Shown: positions 1-10,112, counted from the first letter of the stretch. The stretch: DNA of 64,000 bases from an uncultured Fibrobacterota bacterium (GCA_963753345.1 CAVWBU010000019.1:103157-167156); one strand, 5' to 3'. Translations and numbers: made by a program. The notes: generated from the sequence alone by a model not told the origin.

Positions 1-16
1 CTTCAACGGTGCAGCC

Positions 17-565
17 ATGGAAACGCTCAACAACAGGATTGCCGCTTTCATACGGGAGGAGCGTTCCGCGCTGGTGGGCTACGTGCGCGCACTCATCGGC
101 GATGCGGCAGACCGGGACGGAGAAGACATCGTGCAGGACGTGATGACGGGCATTCTTGAGCAGGCCGACCCGCTCCTGCCGCTGCGCAGTGTGTCGGCCT
201 ATGTGTATCAGTCGATCCGCAACAGGGTTGTCGACGCTTTCAGGAGCAGAAGGAAAACCATACCTCTTGACGGAGGAGACGGCGAAGACGTGGAACTGTC
301 GCTTTCCGAAACGCTGCATGATGCGCGGTTCGACACCGGAGCAGAAGTCGCCAACGGTGAATTGCGGGAGCTGCTGGTCGCGGCCATGGACCGGTTGAGC
401 GAAGGGGAACGTGAAATCGTGATCGCCACCGAGCTCGAAGGCTTTACGTTCAGGGAATTGTCGGAACTGTGGGAGGTGCCCCTGGGGACGCTTCTTGCCC
501 AGAAGTCACGGGCGCTGGCAAAACTCAAGGAATCTATTCGGCTGCAGGAATACAGAAACCAATAA
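17..565 (+). CDS. ECF-type RNA polymerase sigma-70 factor
   Basis: Region 2 (DGEDIVQDV...YVYQSIRNRVVD) and region 4 (LSEGEREIV...FRELSELWEVPLGTLLAQKSRA) motifs. Confidence 0.9.
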   Translation: METLNNRIAAFIREERSALVGYVRALIGDAADRDGEDIVQDVMTGILEQADPLLPLRSVSAYVYQSIRNRVVDAFRSRRKTIPLDGGDGEDVELSLSETLHDARFDTGAEVANGELRELLVAAMDRLSEGEREIVIATELEGFTFRELSELWEVPLGTLLAQKSRALAKLKESIRLQEYRNQ

Positions 566-580
566 ACAGGGGAGGAATCC

Positions 581-1015
581 ATGGAAAACAGTTTTGAACA
601 CGGCTATCCGCATTTCCCGCCGCACAGGATGTGGGGGCCGGCGCGGATCGTCGGGCTAGTCATCGCAGGCGTTGTCGCGGCCGTCCTGTTCGCGCTTCTG
701 TTCGGATGGCTTGTCTTTCTTTTGTGGAACTGGCTCATGCCCGTGCTGTTCGGGCTCAAGGCGGTCACCTACTGGCAGGCGTTCGGCATCGTATTGCTTG
801 CCAAGCTGCTGTTCGGTGGCGTCGGCTCAGGCCGCGGATGGCATCATGGAAAGCCGCGCTGGATGCGCCGCCGGGATTATGCAGGGAACAACGACTGGCG
901 CGTTCATGGGTCGTACAGGGACTGGCGGTACTTCGACGAATACTGGAAGGACGAAGGAAAGGCCGCGTTCGAAGCATATATCGGCCGGATGCAGCAGAAA
1001 AAAGAAGGTGAGTAG
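581..1015 (+). CDS. membrane protein co-transcribed with the ECF sigma factor
   Basis: GGAGGA RBS; hydrophobic LWNWLMPVLFGL..TYWQAFGIVLLAKLLFG segment. Confidence 0.75.
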   Translation: MENSFEHGYPHFPPHRMWGPARIVGLVIAGVVAAVLFALLFGWLVFLLWNWLMPVLFGLKAVTYWQAFGIVLLAKLLFGGVGSGRGWHHGKPRWMRRRDYAGNNDWRVHGSYRDWRYFDEYWKDEGKAAFEAYIGRMQQKKEGE

Positions 1016-1069
1016 TAAAGTGTTTTGGTGGGGGAAGTACAGTCTGTCTTAAAAGTCAAGGCAAGACTT

Positions 1070-1242
1070 GGGCGCCCCGCCGCTTTGCGGCGGCGGCCGT
1101 CCTTCCGGTCCACCGCTTCGGGTGCTTCCAAGGGTCGTCGGCCTTGGGCCTCGGGCTGCCTGCCACGAGGGCCCTGCGGGCCGTGGTCAGGGCGCATCCC
1201 GCTGTCGCGGGACCATCTTTCCAGTCCTGCCTGGCGCTTGGC
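1070..1242 (-). repeat. structured intergenic repeat family A, copy 1
   Basis: Reverse complement reads GCGCCAGGCAGGACTGG...GGGGCGCCC; long stretches nearly identical to the copy at 34143. Confidence 0.85.
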
Positions 1243-1353
1243 AGCGGGAATACTGCACAATCCACACGCTTGACAAATTGGCAACTTCTTGTTCTGTTTT
1301 TTAAGAATTCAACATGGCGCAAGTATTTCTGCTTGACAGAACATATTTCTGTT

Positions 1354-1503
1354 GCCGCGCGTTAGGTGGACCGCAGGGCGCGCTAGAGCGCGTTGCCGGC
1401 CGACCCGGCCGCTAGGCATAGGGCGGACCGGCAACGAGGCGAACAGCCGAGCCCGGAGGGAGACCGACCCGACCCCGAGCGAAGTGAGGGGGAGGGGAAC
1501 GCC
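1354..1503 (+). repeat. structured intergenic repeat family A, copy 2
   Basis: GCCGCGCGTTAGG...CCGGCAACGAGGCGAACAGCCGAGCCCGGAGGGAG...GGAACGCC; central segment identical to the copy at 60880. Confidence 0.85.
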
Positions 1504-1532
1504 AAAATCTTTTAGTTAATATATTAATTTGC

Positions 1533-1838
1533 TTAGCAGCAGCTCCCAGAATCACCGCCGCAATCGCAGGTGCCTTTATCAGGGTCGCCCTTGGTCACAA
1601 GGCCGTTGATCATGGCGACCGCGCAACCGACCCCATTTTTTACAGACAGCGCGCCAAAGGAGCAGTTCTGAGAGCAAGCGCCGCATTCCATGCAGTTGTC
1701 AAGCGCCACGATTTGAGCACGATGATCGTGAATTTCAAAAACGCCGTGAGGACAGACTTCCACACAACGTCCGCAACCGGTGCAGTTCTCTACGGTAAGT
1801 TTCAAGGTCGATACGCCTGCTATATACGAATATTTCAT
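1533..1838 (-). CDS. hgcB: mercury methylation ferredoxin HgcB
   Basis: Two CxxCxxCxxxC motifs (CTGCGRCVEVC, CMECGACSQNC), GVGCA motif, C-terminal CDC...CC; start overlaps the hgcA stop. Confidence 0.92.
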   Translation of the reverse strand: MKYSYIAGVSTLKLTVENCTGCGRCVEVCPHGVFEIHDHRAQIVALDNCMECGACSQNCSFGALSVKNGVGCAVAMINGLVTKGDPDKGTCDCGGDSGSCC

Positions 1839-2887
1839 ACAATCCTCCAGACGTGAATGATTACCATGATGAGCAATAGTGCGGAAATTCCTGCACTCGC
1901 GAGGTAGAGCGGCCAGGCGATTTTCAACTCCACTTTAACGCCCGAAGGTGACGTATAGGTGCTGCTGCCAGTGAACAAAAACGCCAGGTACGAGCTGAAC
2001 GCGGGCACAGAAACCAGGTTGAATGCTGTCAAGAATGGCGTGCTTCGACAAATTGGCGACAGAAAAATGATTGCAATTGCACCAGTCAGGCCGGTAACGA
2101 ATCCCTTGAGCGAAAATGACCGGCCCGGAATGAAAGGCAGCAGCAGCGGCGAAAGGATCGTGCCGGTGAAAAGAGCGGTCAGTCCCGCTATGACGAGAGG
2201 CACAACACCCGATAGCGCTTGACGGTAAATAATACCGGTGCGTGTCATGCCAAATAGAACAGCGGCAAAGAGTAAAAAGAGCCCTACTTTTTCGAATGCG
2301 GGGAATCGTCTCCATGGGAACAAGTTTTGCACGATCAACGATTGAAAACCGCACCCGCCGCATCGCAGGACTCACGGTGCAGTTATTGTCAAGAAATGCC
2401 GGTATATCCGATGCGCGCACCGGGCCGAATTTTACCGAAAAGCCGCCGCAGGCCTTTTGCAGCTTTGATGCGGAAACACCGGATGCGCTCAGTTGCGGCA
2501 GAATGAGAGTTCGGTGTGAAATTATTGATGTAAGATTGCATGCCGAAAGCTGTTTGACTATTTCATTGGTGCAAAATGTGCCTTTTCCTGCGGCGCACCA
2601 CACGTTGATGCCCTTTGTGTCAAGCACAAGGATCCAGGCGTTCCTTCCTGTCAATGAACTGCGCAATATGTTGAAGCTGAGACGGTAGTTGGCAGAAACG
2701 AACACCGGATCCGATTCCTTCGGGTCTCCGAGCGCGTAGAGGCCGGGATCAACGCGGTACCGCATGCGGAAGCGGTTGCTGAGGCGGCACATGATCGCGC
2801 CGAATTTGTCGGCAAACGAAAGCATGGTGGTGATCTGCTTCGCTTGCGGTTTGGAACCGCAGCCGTTGGGCTGCTATTATTTGGCAT
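1835..2887 (-). CDS. hgcA: mercury methylation corrinoid protein HgcA (apparent frameshifts near 2300 and 2868)
   Basis: Cap-helix motif [11 protein letters not shown] and SANYRLSF in ORF 1935-2825; TM domain with [13 protein letters not shown] in ORF 1835-2338; frames join if one C is removed from the C4 run at ~2300-2303 (ETIP|AFEK). Confidence 0.92.
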
Positions 2888-3930
2888 TGGCAGGATATCC
2901 TTTGCTTGAACTTGAGAGCGACATTTACAAGAGCGATCATAACCGGGACTTCGATGAGGGGGCCGATCACCGCAGCGAACGCCTCCTGCGAGGCAATGCC
3001 GAACACGCCGACAGCAACGGCAATGGCGAGCTCGAAGTTGTTGCTTGCAGCGGTGAATGAGAGGCTGACGGCCTCGTTATAGTTGATGCCCAGTCGCCGC
3101 GTGGCAAACATCGATCCGAAAAACATGATGAGGAAATATACCGCCAGGGGAATTGCTACTCTCACCACGTCAAGAGGCAACGCGACAATGGTTTTCCCTT
3201 TGTATATGAACATGACGAGGATCGTAAACAGCAGCGCCACGAGCGCGACAGGCCCAATGCGCGGCATGAATTGTCCGGTATACCATGGCGTGCCTTTGAT
3301 GGGTTCGACGATCATGCGTGTGGCGAATCCGGCGACAAACGGGATCCCAAGATAAATGCCGACGCTTATGGCCACGTCCTTCATGGAAACATGAACTTCG
3401 CGTCCGGCAAGCCCGAAGAGCGGCGGAAGCACGGTGACGAACAGCCATGCATACAGAGCGAAAAACAAGACCTGGAAAATTGCGTTGAAGGCCACCAGCG
3501 CCGCGGCGTATTCGCTGTCGCCTTTCGCAAGGCTGTTCCACACGATCACCATGGCGATGCATCGCGCAAGGCCGATGATGATGACGCCGGTCATGAGGTG
3601 CGGCTGGTCGCGCAAAAAGATGATGGCCAGGCAGAACATCAGGATAGGCCCCACTACCCAGTTCTGGACGAGCGAAAGCGCCAGCGCTTTCTTGTCCGTA
3701 AATACGCCGCCGATCCGCCGGTAATTCACTTTGGCAAGCGGCGGATACATCATGACGATAAGGCCGATGGCGATGGGAATGGAGGTGGTGCCCACGCTCA
3801 GGCGCGACAGCGCAACGGAAGCCGAAGGAAACAGCCAGCCGATGGCGACGCCGAGCGCCATGGTACAAAAAATCCACAGCGTGAGGTAGCGGTCGAGGAA
3901 GGAGAGGCGCTTTTCGGGCACTGCCGGCAT
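2877..3930 (-). CDS. acr3: ACR3 family arsenite efflux transporter
   Basis: [47 protein letters not shown] before ATG at 3930; likely true stop at 2877 after a 1-nt indel near 2893. Confidence 0.93.
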
Positions 3931-3958
3931 AGTGTTCCTCTTTGTCATGCTTGCAGGA

Positions 3959-4660
3959 TCAAAATGAATAAAAAAGGTACATTGCTGTCGCAATCAGCAG
4001 GAGCCCAGCGGCAGTCCTGACGATTTTTTCCACCTTTTGCAGCCGTACAAGGTTCTTGCCGAAAGAAAGTCCGAAAACGAGCGCCGACAGAGGAACACTA
4101 AAACCGATGGCATAGGCGAAAAGGTTAGTCAAAGCCCATGCAGTGTGTTTCTCAAGCACAGCGGCGCCGAGAATAATAAAAATGCCGGGATTGCACGGCA
4201 GGGAAGTCACGACAATGGTACCGCCGAAAATCATGCCGGAAAAACCGGAAACCAAGGTTCTCGACTTATTCCCGGATGTTATGAAAGGGAGTTTCGGGAA
4301 TGCAAAGGGAAATAACCGGAGCGATGCGATGCCGAATAAGAGCGCGATGGAACCCCCGGCAATTTTCCAATATTCGCCGGAAACCCGAATAGCCGTTTGT
4401 CCGGAAAAAATGATTACCGATCCTATTGCCATCAGTGCGGCAACCGCTCCGGCTATAAATAAAAGCGCGGATTGCAATGCTTTTTGCCGGTTATCATCCT
4501 GAATAAGGGAATATCCCGCAACAGCGCCCACGAGCGGCAATGTGCAGCATGCGCTTGCGATTACGCTGAGAATACCCAAAACAAATGAAAATGCAATAGA
4601 CACAGGACCGTAGCCGGCGCTGTTGAGCATCGATTTGATTGCGGCAATAGCTTCCTGCAT
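3959..4660 (-). CDS. CcdA/DsbD-like transmembrane redox protein
   Basis: Multi-TM protein with SACCTLPL and LPCNPG cysteine motifs. Confidence 0.75.
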   Translation of the reverse strand: MQEAIAAIKSMLNSAGYGPVSIAFSFVLGILSVIASACCTLPLVGAVAGYSLIQDDNRQKALQSALLFIAGAVAALMAIGSVIIFSGQTAIRVSGEYWKIAGGSIALLFGIASLRLFPFAFPKLPFITSGNKSRTLVSGFSGMIFGGTIVVTSLPCNPGIFIILGAAVLEKHTAWALTNLFAYAIGFSVPLSALVFGLSFGKNLVRLQKVEKIVRTAAGLLLIATAMYLFYSF

Positions 4661-4683
4661 TGAGATCGTCTCCTTATGAATTG

Positions 4684-5328
4684 TTATTTACAAACGCGAT
4701 TCCCTCCCGCCGGGCAGCATCCGGATGGCTGCATTGCAGCGATACATGCCTGAAGGAGGTTTGTTCGGGTGATATTATTTCCTGCCACTGCGCGCATGCC
4801 ATGACCCTTGACTACAACAATCACGCCTGGAGAAGGAACCTGGGTGCTCAAGGACTCGAATTCGGGACTTCCGGCTGTAAGCTGGAATGCACCCATGCGC
4901 ATGCCCTTTGCCGTAATTGTGGCCGCAGCATTGCCGATTTCCTGGGTGATGGCTTTCGTTTTCTCCGCCTCACTCTTCACCATAAGGATGAAGACCCCGT
5001 CAAAGTTGGCCGCTAAGGTATCAAGTGACGCAAAAGACGGCAGCATGGCGAATAAAATCGATTTCCCGGTATCCCCGGCTCCCGATGTCGAATCTGTTTT
5101 TACCGGTGCCACAGATTTAAGGGAAAGTGCTGATGCATAGTTAGAAGCTGCTGGCGTTTTTGCCTGACGGGATTTGCGTACAATGGAGCTGGCCAGCACG
5201 GCACCGGCGCAAATGATAATAACGGCGAGGAGGATGACCTTTGTACGCCGGGAAAGTCCTTTTTCAGTCTTACATGCGCAATCCGGGCCGCATTGCTGTG
5301 ATTCCGGCTGCTCTGTTTTGTTTTCCAC
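4684..5328 (-). CDS. hypothetical membrane-anchored Cys-rich protein
   Basis: N-terminal CGPDCAC, one TM helix, C-terminal GCCP...CK; coupled to arsC. Confidence 0.7.
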   Translation of the reverse strand: MENKTEQPESQQCGPDCACKTEKGLSRRTKVILLAVIIICAGAVLASSIVRKSRQAKTPAASNYASALSLKSVAPVKTDSTSGAGDTGKSILFAMLPSFASLDTLAANFDGVFILMVKSEAEKTKAITQEIGNAAATITAKGMRMGAFQLTAGSPEFESLSTQVPSPGVIVVVKGHGMRAVAGNNITRTNLLQACIAAMQPSGCCPAGGNRVCK

Positions 5329-5786
5329 TAAATGCCACCTTTTTTTTGAGGTTTATCCATGATATTGTCCGGTAACTCTTCCACAAATTTTCTGATTTCA
5401 TCCCGCACACGCCGGTAATGTGGTAACGCTTCATTCTCTGATTTTGCGAGTTTCGCAAGGCTGGGCGGGTCGTCAAAACCGACGTGCAACCGTTTCACGT
5501 TCCCTGGAAAAATCGGGCATGATTGATTTGCCTGGTCACATAGGGTTATCACGAAATCGAAAGGAATATCCATCAATTCGCGGACATGCTTTGACCGCTG
5601 TTTCGAGATGTCAATGCCAGCCTCAGCCATGACTTTGATCGCAAGTGAATTCACACCGTGAACTTCAACGCCGGCCGAATACGGCTCCATAAGCTCACTC
5701 TTGAGTGCCCGCGCAAAACCTTCGGCCATCTGGCTGCGGCAGGAATTGCCGGTGCAGAGGAAAAGGATTTTCAGTTTGGTCGCCAT
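5328..5786 (-). CDS. arsC: arsenate reductase, thioredoxin-coupled (LMW-PTP fold)
   Basis: CTGNSCRSQMAEG P-loop, resolving Cys pair TLCD...SCP, FDDP. Confidence 0.93.
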   Translation of the reverse strand: MATKLKILFLCTGNSCRSQMAEGFARALKSELMEPYSAGVEVHGVNSLAIKVMAEAGIDISKQRSKHVRELMDIPFDFVITLCDQANQSCPIFPGNVKRLHVGFDDPPSLAKLAKSENEALPHYRRVRDEIRKFVEELPDNIMDKPQKKGGI

Positions 5787-5787
5787 A

Positions 5788-6171
5788 TTACTTGCACCGC
5801 TGCATTTTACATAAACTTGATGGATTCTGTTTTGTTATTCTTGCCAAATCTTTCTGGTCTCTGATAACTATCTCATCTTTTTCCGATGCCGGCAAGACCC
5901 ATTTCAGGGCGCTGCGAACCGCCGCGGTCATATCCTTGTCTTCCGGAAGCCGGTAAAACATCCACCTTTCTTCCTTGCGGCCTGCGACAAGTCCGGCCTG
6001 TTTGAGCACGGACATGTGCTTGGAGACAGTTGACGGGGCAAGGCCAAGCAATTCGATGATCTGGCACACACACAGCTCACCGCCGCGCAATGCCGCCAAG
6101 GCTCTCAAGCGGTTTGTGTCGGATAAGGCTTTTGAAATTATGACGATGTTGTTCAAAGCATAACTCCGCAT
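5788..6171 (-). CDS. arsR: ArsR/SmtB family repressor
   Basis: KALSDTNRL, ELCVCQI, STVSKHMSVLKQAGLV. Confidence 0.9.
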   Translation of the reverse strand: MRSYALNNIVIISKALSDTNRLRALAALRGGELCVCQIIELLGLAPSTVSKHMSVLKQAGLVAGRKEERWMFYRLPEDKDMTAAVRSALKWVLPASEKDEIVIRDQKDLARITKQNPSSLCKMQRCK

Positions 6172-6435
6172 TCAGGAGCAGCAGGATTGCTTCTGCTCGC
6201 AGGGGGATACATGCAGATGTTTGTTCGCAAGATCAAGAATATTTGAAGCCGACGCCTCTTTAACCATCTTCCCGGTCTCAACCGCCTTCACCATATCGCC
6301 TTCCGATATGCCCAGCTTTCGCGACTTGTCGTAGTGATATTTGAAACAGGGTTCGCAATTGCAGGCAATAGCGGCTCCTATGGCTATAAGTTCCTTGACT
6401 TGCGGATTTATCAGGCTCGCTTCATCATTTGCCAT
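6172..6435 (-). CDS. carboxymuconolactone decarboxylase/AhpD-like protein
   Basis: KELIAIGAAIACNCEPCFKYH; C-terminal SCCS. Confidence 0.85.
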   Translation of the reverse strand: MANDEASLINPQVKELIAIGAAIACNCEPCFKYHYDKSRKLGISEGDMVKAVETGKMVKEASASNILDLANKHLHVSPCEQKQSCCS

Positions 6436-6479
6436 TGTAAGACCTTTCTACATCAGATCATTCATTTCAAGAGTAATTC

Positions 6480-6528
6480 TATATTTCGTCACACAACGAA
6501 ATATATTGCATCCCAAAACATAGTGCAA
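6480..6528 (-). promoter_or_regulatory. sigma70 promoter with overlapping palindromic ArsR-type operator
   Basis: Minus strand TTGCAC-N17-TATATT; inverted repeat TATATTTCGT-N6-ACGAAATATA at 6480-6505 overlaps the -10. Confidence 0.75.
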
Positions 6529-6756
6529 GACTTTTGATTATGCTTCACTATTTCGCGGCTTCAATTCGCTAAAATGACCATTTTACGCGAAACTCAATTC
6601 TGTGATGTGCAGGTCTTGAACCATAATCAGATTCTTTATGTCCCAAGAAAGCAATATATCTGCCGGTGAATAGAAGATTCCGTGAATCATGAAGTACATT
6701 GAAGTTATTCACTACGAGTACTTTTCTTGCTCGGGCTGGTGTTTGTATTCCTGAAA

Positions 6757-7134
6757 TCAACCCTTCGCATGAATCAACGACCGAACAGTGGTTACGATCC
6801 GTTCGATATGCTCCTGTGTTACGGGTGTGGTCCCCTTTTGCACACCCAGATCGGTAATCGTGATATGCGTAAAACCGCTCACTCCAGCGGCCTCAAGGAT
6901 TTTCTTTGCGCAGTGTACCGTGCAACCATCAATGGCTATGGCATTACCGCCCGCAGCTTTATATTTATCAATCAGCGCCGCGTCACCGATAGCAATCTTG
7001 GTAAGGCAGTTCATATTAACATCACCGGAGGAGTCCAGCAACCGGGTGATTTTATCGGCAAATTCTCCGGCATTTGACGCGCCGGAACAGGAAACGGCGC
7101 GGAATATCGGCCCACTGTTTTTAACATCATTCAT
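6757..7134 (-). CDS. DGC-domain putative zinc-binding protein
   Basis: SCSGASNAG, MNCL, IDGCTVHCA motifs. Confidence 0.85.
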   Translation of the reverse strand: MNDVKNSGPIFRAVSCSGASNAGEFADKITRLLDSSGDVNMNCLTKIAIGDAALIDKYKAAGGNAIAIDGCTVHCAKKILEAAGVSGFTHITITDLGVQKGTTPVTQEHIERIVTTVRSLIHAKG

Positions 7135-7166
7135 AATGCCTCCTGATAATTGGCAGCGTGGTTACC

Positions 7167-7388
7167 CTAGGTCTTTGTAAACTTGCTGATAACTTTCCGT
7201 AAAGGTTTCGACAACAGCATCATGATCGGCAACGCAACTACATATGCCACAATCCAATTGTGCATCCACGCAGAAAAGCGTATGGAAAACCCTGCATTAA
7301 TGAAAGAATTTACGCCAGTCATAATAAAGGTCATGGCGCCGACCATTACGACCGCGAACAACGCATTGGCTTGTTTTTGAGTGAACAT
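7167..7388 (-). CDS. small membrane protein (DUF2798-like)
   Basis: Two TM helices, WMHNWIVAYVVALP. Confidence 0.65.
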   Translation of the reverse strand: MFTQKQANALFAVVMVGAMTFIMTGVNSFINAGFSIRFSAWMHNWIVAYVVALPIMMLLSKPLRKVISKFTKT

Positions 7389-7396
7389 ATGGGCTA

Positions 7397-8095
7397 TTAT
7401 ATTCCGAAATACAATCCGAAATTATGTTTGAGGATAAGAAATATTCCTACCAATAGCATCACTGCCGCGGTGATGCGCCGCACCCAGATTTCAACGGCGG
7501 TCAGCTTTTTAAAGGCAATGCCCACCAAATGCGCGCCAAAGGCAAGCAGGAGCGCGAATCCGATGACCGGCAGCGCGGTTCCGATGCCGTAAAGACTCGA
7601 CAAAACCACGGCGTTGCCTTTTATTGCAAGCGGAATAAGACCCCCAAAAAACAAGCCGGCCGAGACCGGACAGAAGGCGAGCGCGAAGAGTATCCCCAGT
7701 AAACCTGCGCCCCATACTCCCATGCTGTCGATCCGGGCCTGGAGCCTGTTTCCTATGCCGCCGCCAAAGCTGAATTTCCATATGTCAATTAACAGCAGTC
7801 CGACAACGAGCATGAGCGGGCCGATAAAAAGGTTCATGTACTTTTGAAGAAAGTTCGAAACGCCGGGAATCGAAAGAAGGCCTTTTGTCACGATTATTGC
7901 CACGACAAGGTAGGCCAGGCTGCGTCCGAGGGTATATAACAGCCCGGCAATGAGAACCCAGCGGGTTTTTTCAACCCGCCGTCCGACATAGGAAATGGCG
8001 GCGATATTGGTCGCGAGAGGGCAGGGGCTGATTGAAGTGAGTATTCCCAGCCACAACGCCGCCCCCATTTCGATAAAGGCCTCGTTCACAGGCAT
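7397..8095 (-). CDS. ArsG-like organoarsenical efflux permease (CcdA fold)
   Basis: LGILTSISPCPLATNIAAISY, LAFCPVSAGLFFG. Confidence 0.8.
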   Translation of the reverse strand: MPVNEAFIEMGAALWLGILTSISPCPLATNIAAISYVGRRVEKTRWVLIAGLLYTLGRSLAYLVVAIIVTKGLLSIPGVSNFLQKYMNLFIGPLMLVVGLLLIDIWKFSFGGGIGNRLQARIDSMGVWGAGLLGILFALAFCPVSAGLFFGGLIPLAIKGNAVVLSSLYGIGTALPVIGFALLLAFGAHLVGIAFKKLTAVEIWVRRITAAVMLLVGIFLILKHNFGLYFGI

Positions 8096-8598
8096 TTCCC
8101 TTCAAGGCAAGCCCGCACTTCCTTGCGGATGTACTCCATGTATTGGGTCTGGTCGCCGACAAGCGTCCAGATCTGGTCGAGGTTTTTCCATGATGATTCC
8201 TTCCGTCTTTCCGGGTTGAAACAATCACCGATTTCGTGTAGAGCTTGTAGTCATTTGTAAAGTGCTCGTTGCCCTGGCTCTTCCACATTGACGGTTTTCC
8301 ATTCCAGCTTTCCATCCTTGATTGCATTGGCGAAATCGGTTTCCACCACGGATTTGGCGAAGTTTTCCAGTTTGTAGCAGGTAGGGCAGCGGGCGTTGCC
8401 GTGGAAATAATAAACCACGATTTTAGTATTTGCCGCTTCTGGCATTGCCGTCACAGCTTTTGTCGAATCGGTTTTTGCCGTTGCGGTTTGTTTTGAGGTT
8501 GCTTGTTTTTGCGGTTTGGGCTTGCGCACGCATTACATGCTATCAAAAACAGAAACAGCAAACATTCCACAGAAGCATGCGCATCGGAGAAATTTCAT
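8086..8598 (-). CDS. ArsF-like secreted thioredoxin-fold protein, frameshifted in this assembly
   Basis: VYYFHGNARCPTC in ORF 8251-8529, continuing (NEHFTNDYKLYTKSVIVS) in other frames. Confidence 0.75.
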
Positions 8599-8618
8599 GT
8601 ACCTTTTTCCTTTCCGTG

Positions 8619-9698
8619 TTACAAAACGTTAAACGAGAAGACGAAATTGAATAAGAAGCCTACCAAGAGAATTCCCGTTCCCACAACAGCAATAAAAGTT
8701 GCAATGAGCGTTGGCTTCAGCACTTTGCGCAAGATAACCATTTCCGGCAACGACAATCCGATCACCGACATCATGAACGCCAGCACCGTGCCGAGTGCGG
8801 CTCCTTTTGAAAGCAGGGCCTCCACAATGGGAATGATCCCCGCGGCATTGGAATACATGGGAATTCCTATGAGCACTGCAAGCGGCACGGACCACCATGC
8901 ATGCGCGCCCATGATCTTGGCCATGAGTCCTTCCGGAACCCACCCATGAATGGCGGCCCCAACCATGATACCCGCAACGATATAGGGCCAGACCTTGACG
9001 ACAATGTCTTGTACCGCCTGCCAGCCGGCATCGATGCGGTTCACCCACGTCAGTTTTTGCGATGCAACAGCACCTCCGTTCATTCGCATGTCGTAAACCC
9101 ATCCCTCCACATGCTTTTCCATACGGAGCTTTCCAATCACAATGCCGGCTGCAAGCGCGATTGATAACCCGGTTGTCAGGTAGAGCGCCGCTACTTTCCA
9201 GCCGAAAAGCCCGAAGAGCAGGACAAGCGCGATTTCATTCACCATGGGTGCGCAGACAAGGAAGGAAAAGGTCACGCCCAGCGGCACACCCGCCTGCACG
9301 AACCCGATAAAAAGCGGGACCGCCGAACAGGAACAGAATGGCGTGACAACGCCGAGCAATGCGGCAAGAATGTTCCCGACAACCGTCTTCTTGCCCGCTA
9401 AAATCGCGCGCGTCTTCTCCGGAGTAAAGAACGACCGCACGATCCCGATGCCGAACACAATCAGCGTAAGGAGCAAGATCACTTTGGGAGTTTCGAACAG
9501 GAAAAACGCCAGGGCGTCGCCGAGATGCGTCCCATGCGCAAGATTGAATATCGTATAGGTGAGATATTCTGAAAACCGCTTCAGCACCGAATAGACCAAT
9601 ACCCAGAATATCAGAAGTCCCGATATCATCGTTATTCTTACTGCGAGGGGATTCTTGGAAAATGTCACGATTACCTTCTTCTCTTCAGTAACATTCAC
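8619..9698 (-). CDS. ArsP-like permease (DUF318 family)
   Basis: TPFCSCSAVP, GVPLGVTFSFL, GIPMYSN, LSLPEM. Confidence 0.88.
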   Translation of the reverse strand: MNVTEEKKVIVTFSKNPLAVRITMISGLLIFWVLVYSVLKRFSEYLTYTIFNLAHGTHLGDALAFFLFETPKVILLLTLIVFGIGIVRSFFTPEKTRAILAGKKTVVGNILAALLGVVTPFCSCSAVPLFIGFVQAGVPLGVTFSFLVCAPMVNEIALVLLFGLFGWKVAALYLTTGLSIALAAGIVIGKLRMEKHVEGWVYDMRMNGGAVASQKLTWVNRIDAGWQAVQDIVVKVWPYIVAGIMVGAAIHGWVPEGLMAKIMGAHAWWSVPLAVLIGIPMYSNAAGIIPIVEALLSKGAALGTVLAFMMSVIGLSLPEMVILRKVLKPTLIATFIAVVGTGILLVGFLFNFVFSFNVL

Positions 9699-9928
9699 GA
9701 AATCATCGTTTTCAATTCGTCCGGTTTTGGAATGCGACCGGCGACTTTCACCTGGCCGTCAACGGCAAGCGCCGGTGTCGACATCACATTAAACTTCATG
9801 ATTTCAATGATGTCGTCCACTTTCGTCACCTCGGCCTCTATGCCGAGTTCTTTGGCCGCTTGTTGCGCTGCCTCGTAGAGTTTCCTGCATTTGGGACATC
9901 CTGTCCCGAGAATTTGCAGTTTTTTCAT
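9695..9928 (-). CDS. small redox-active disulfide protein (MTH895/ArsE-like thioredoxin)
   Basis: ILGTGCPKC, VMSTPALAVDG; AGGAGG RBS before ATG at 9928. Confidence 0.88.
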   Translation of the reverse strand: MKKLQILGTGCPKCRKLYEAAQQAAKELGIEAEVTKVDDIIEIMKFNVMSTPALAVDGQVKVAGRIPKPDELKTMIS

Positions 9929-9944
9929 GAGGGCCTCCTGTTTA

Positions 9945-10112
9945 TTATTCGTCAAGATGAGATTTCATTCCCATGATCGTACCAGCCTCTATTTTTGAGC
10001 GCATCTCACGCAGAAACGCAAGCGCTTCCTCTTTGTCTTTGTCGACCACGATCATTTCCAATCGCATCATTTCCTGTTTTGTCAGAGTGACGACCGTTGG
10101 TTCGTTTCCCAT
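9945..10112 (-). CDS. 55-aa hypothetical protein (not in the ORF track)
   Basis: MGNEPTVVTLTKQEMMRLEMIVVDKDKEEALAFLREMRSKIEAGTIMGMKSHLDE; AAGGAG RBS; fills the gap in the operon. Confidence 0.7.
   Translation of the reverse strand: MGNEPTVVTLTKQEMMRLEMIVVDKDKEEALAFLREMRSKIEAGTIMGMKSHLDE

Noticed and set aside
1354-1503. Family A repeats as attC sites (they contain GTTAGG and AAC)
   Set aside because: Box order is reversed, the structure is multi-branched and the flanking genes are not cassettes
2749-3993. Acr3 with a long C-terminal extension, or an Acr3-HgcA fusion
   Set aside because: The extension overlaps hgcA out of frame; one indel near 2893 restores a normal end (KQRYPANAK, then TAA TAG)
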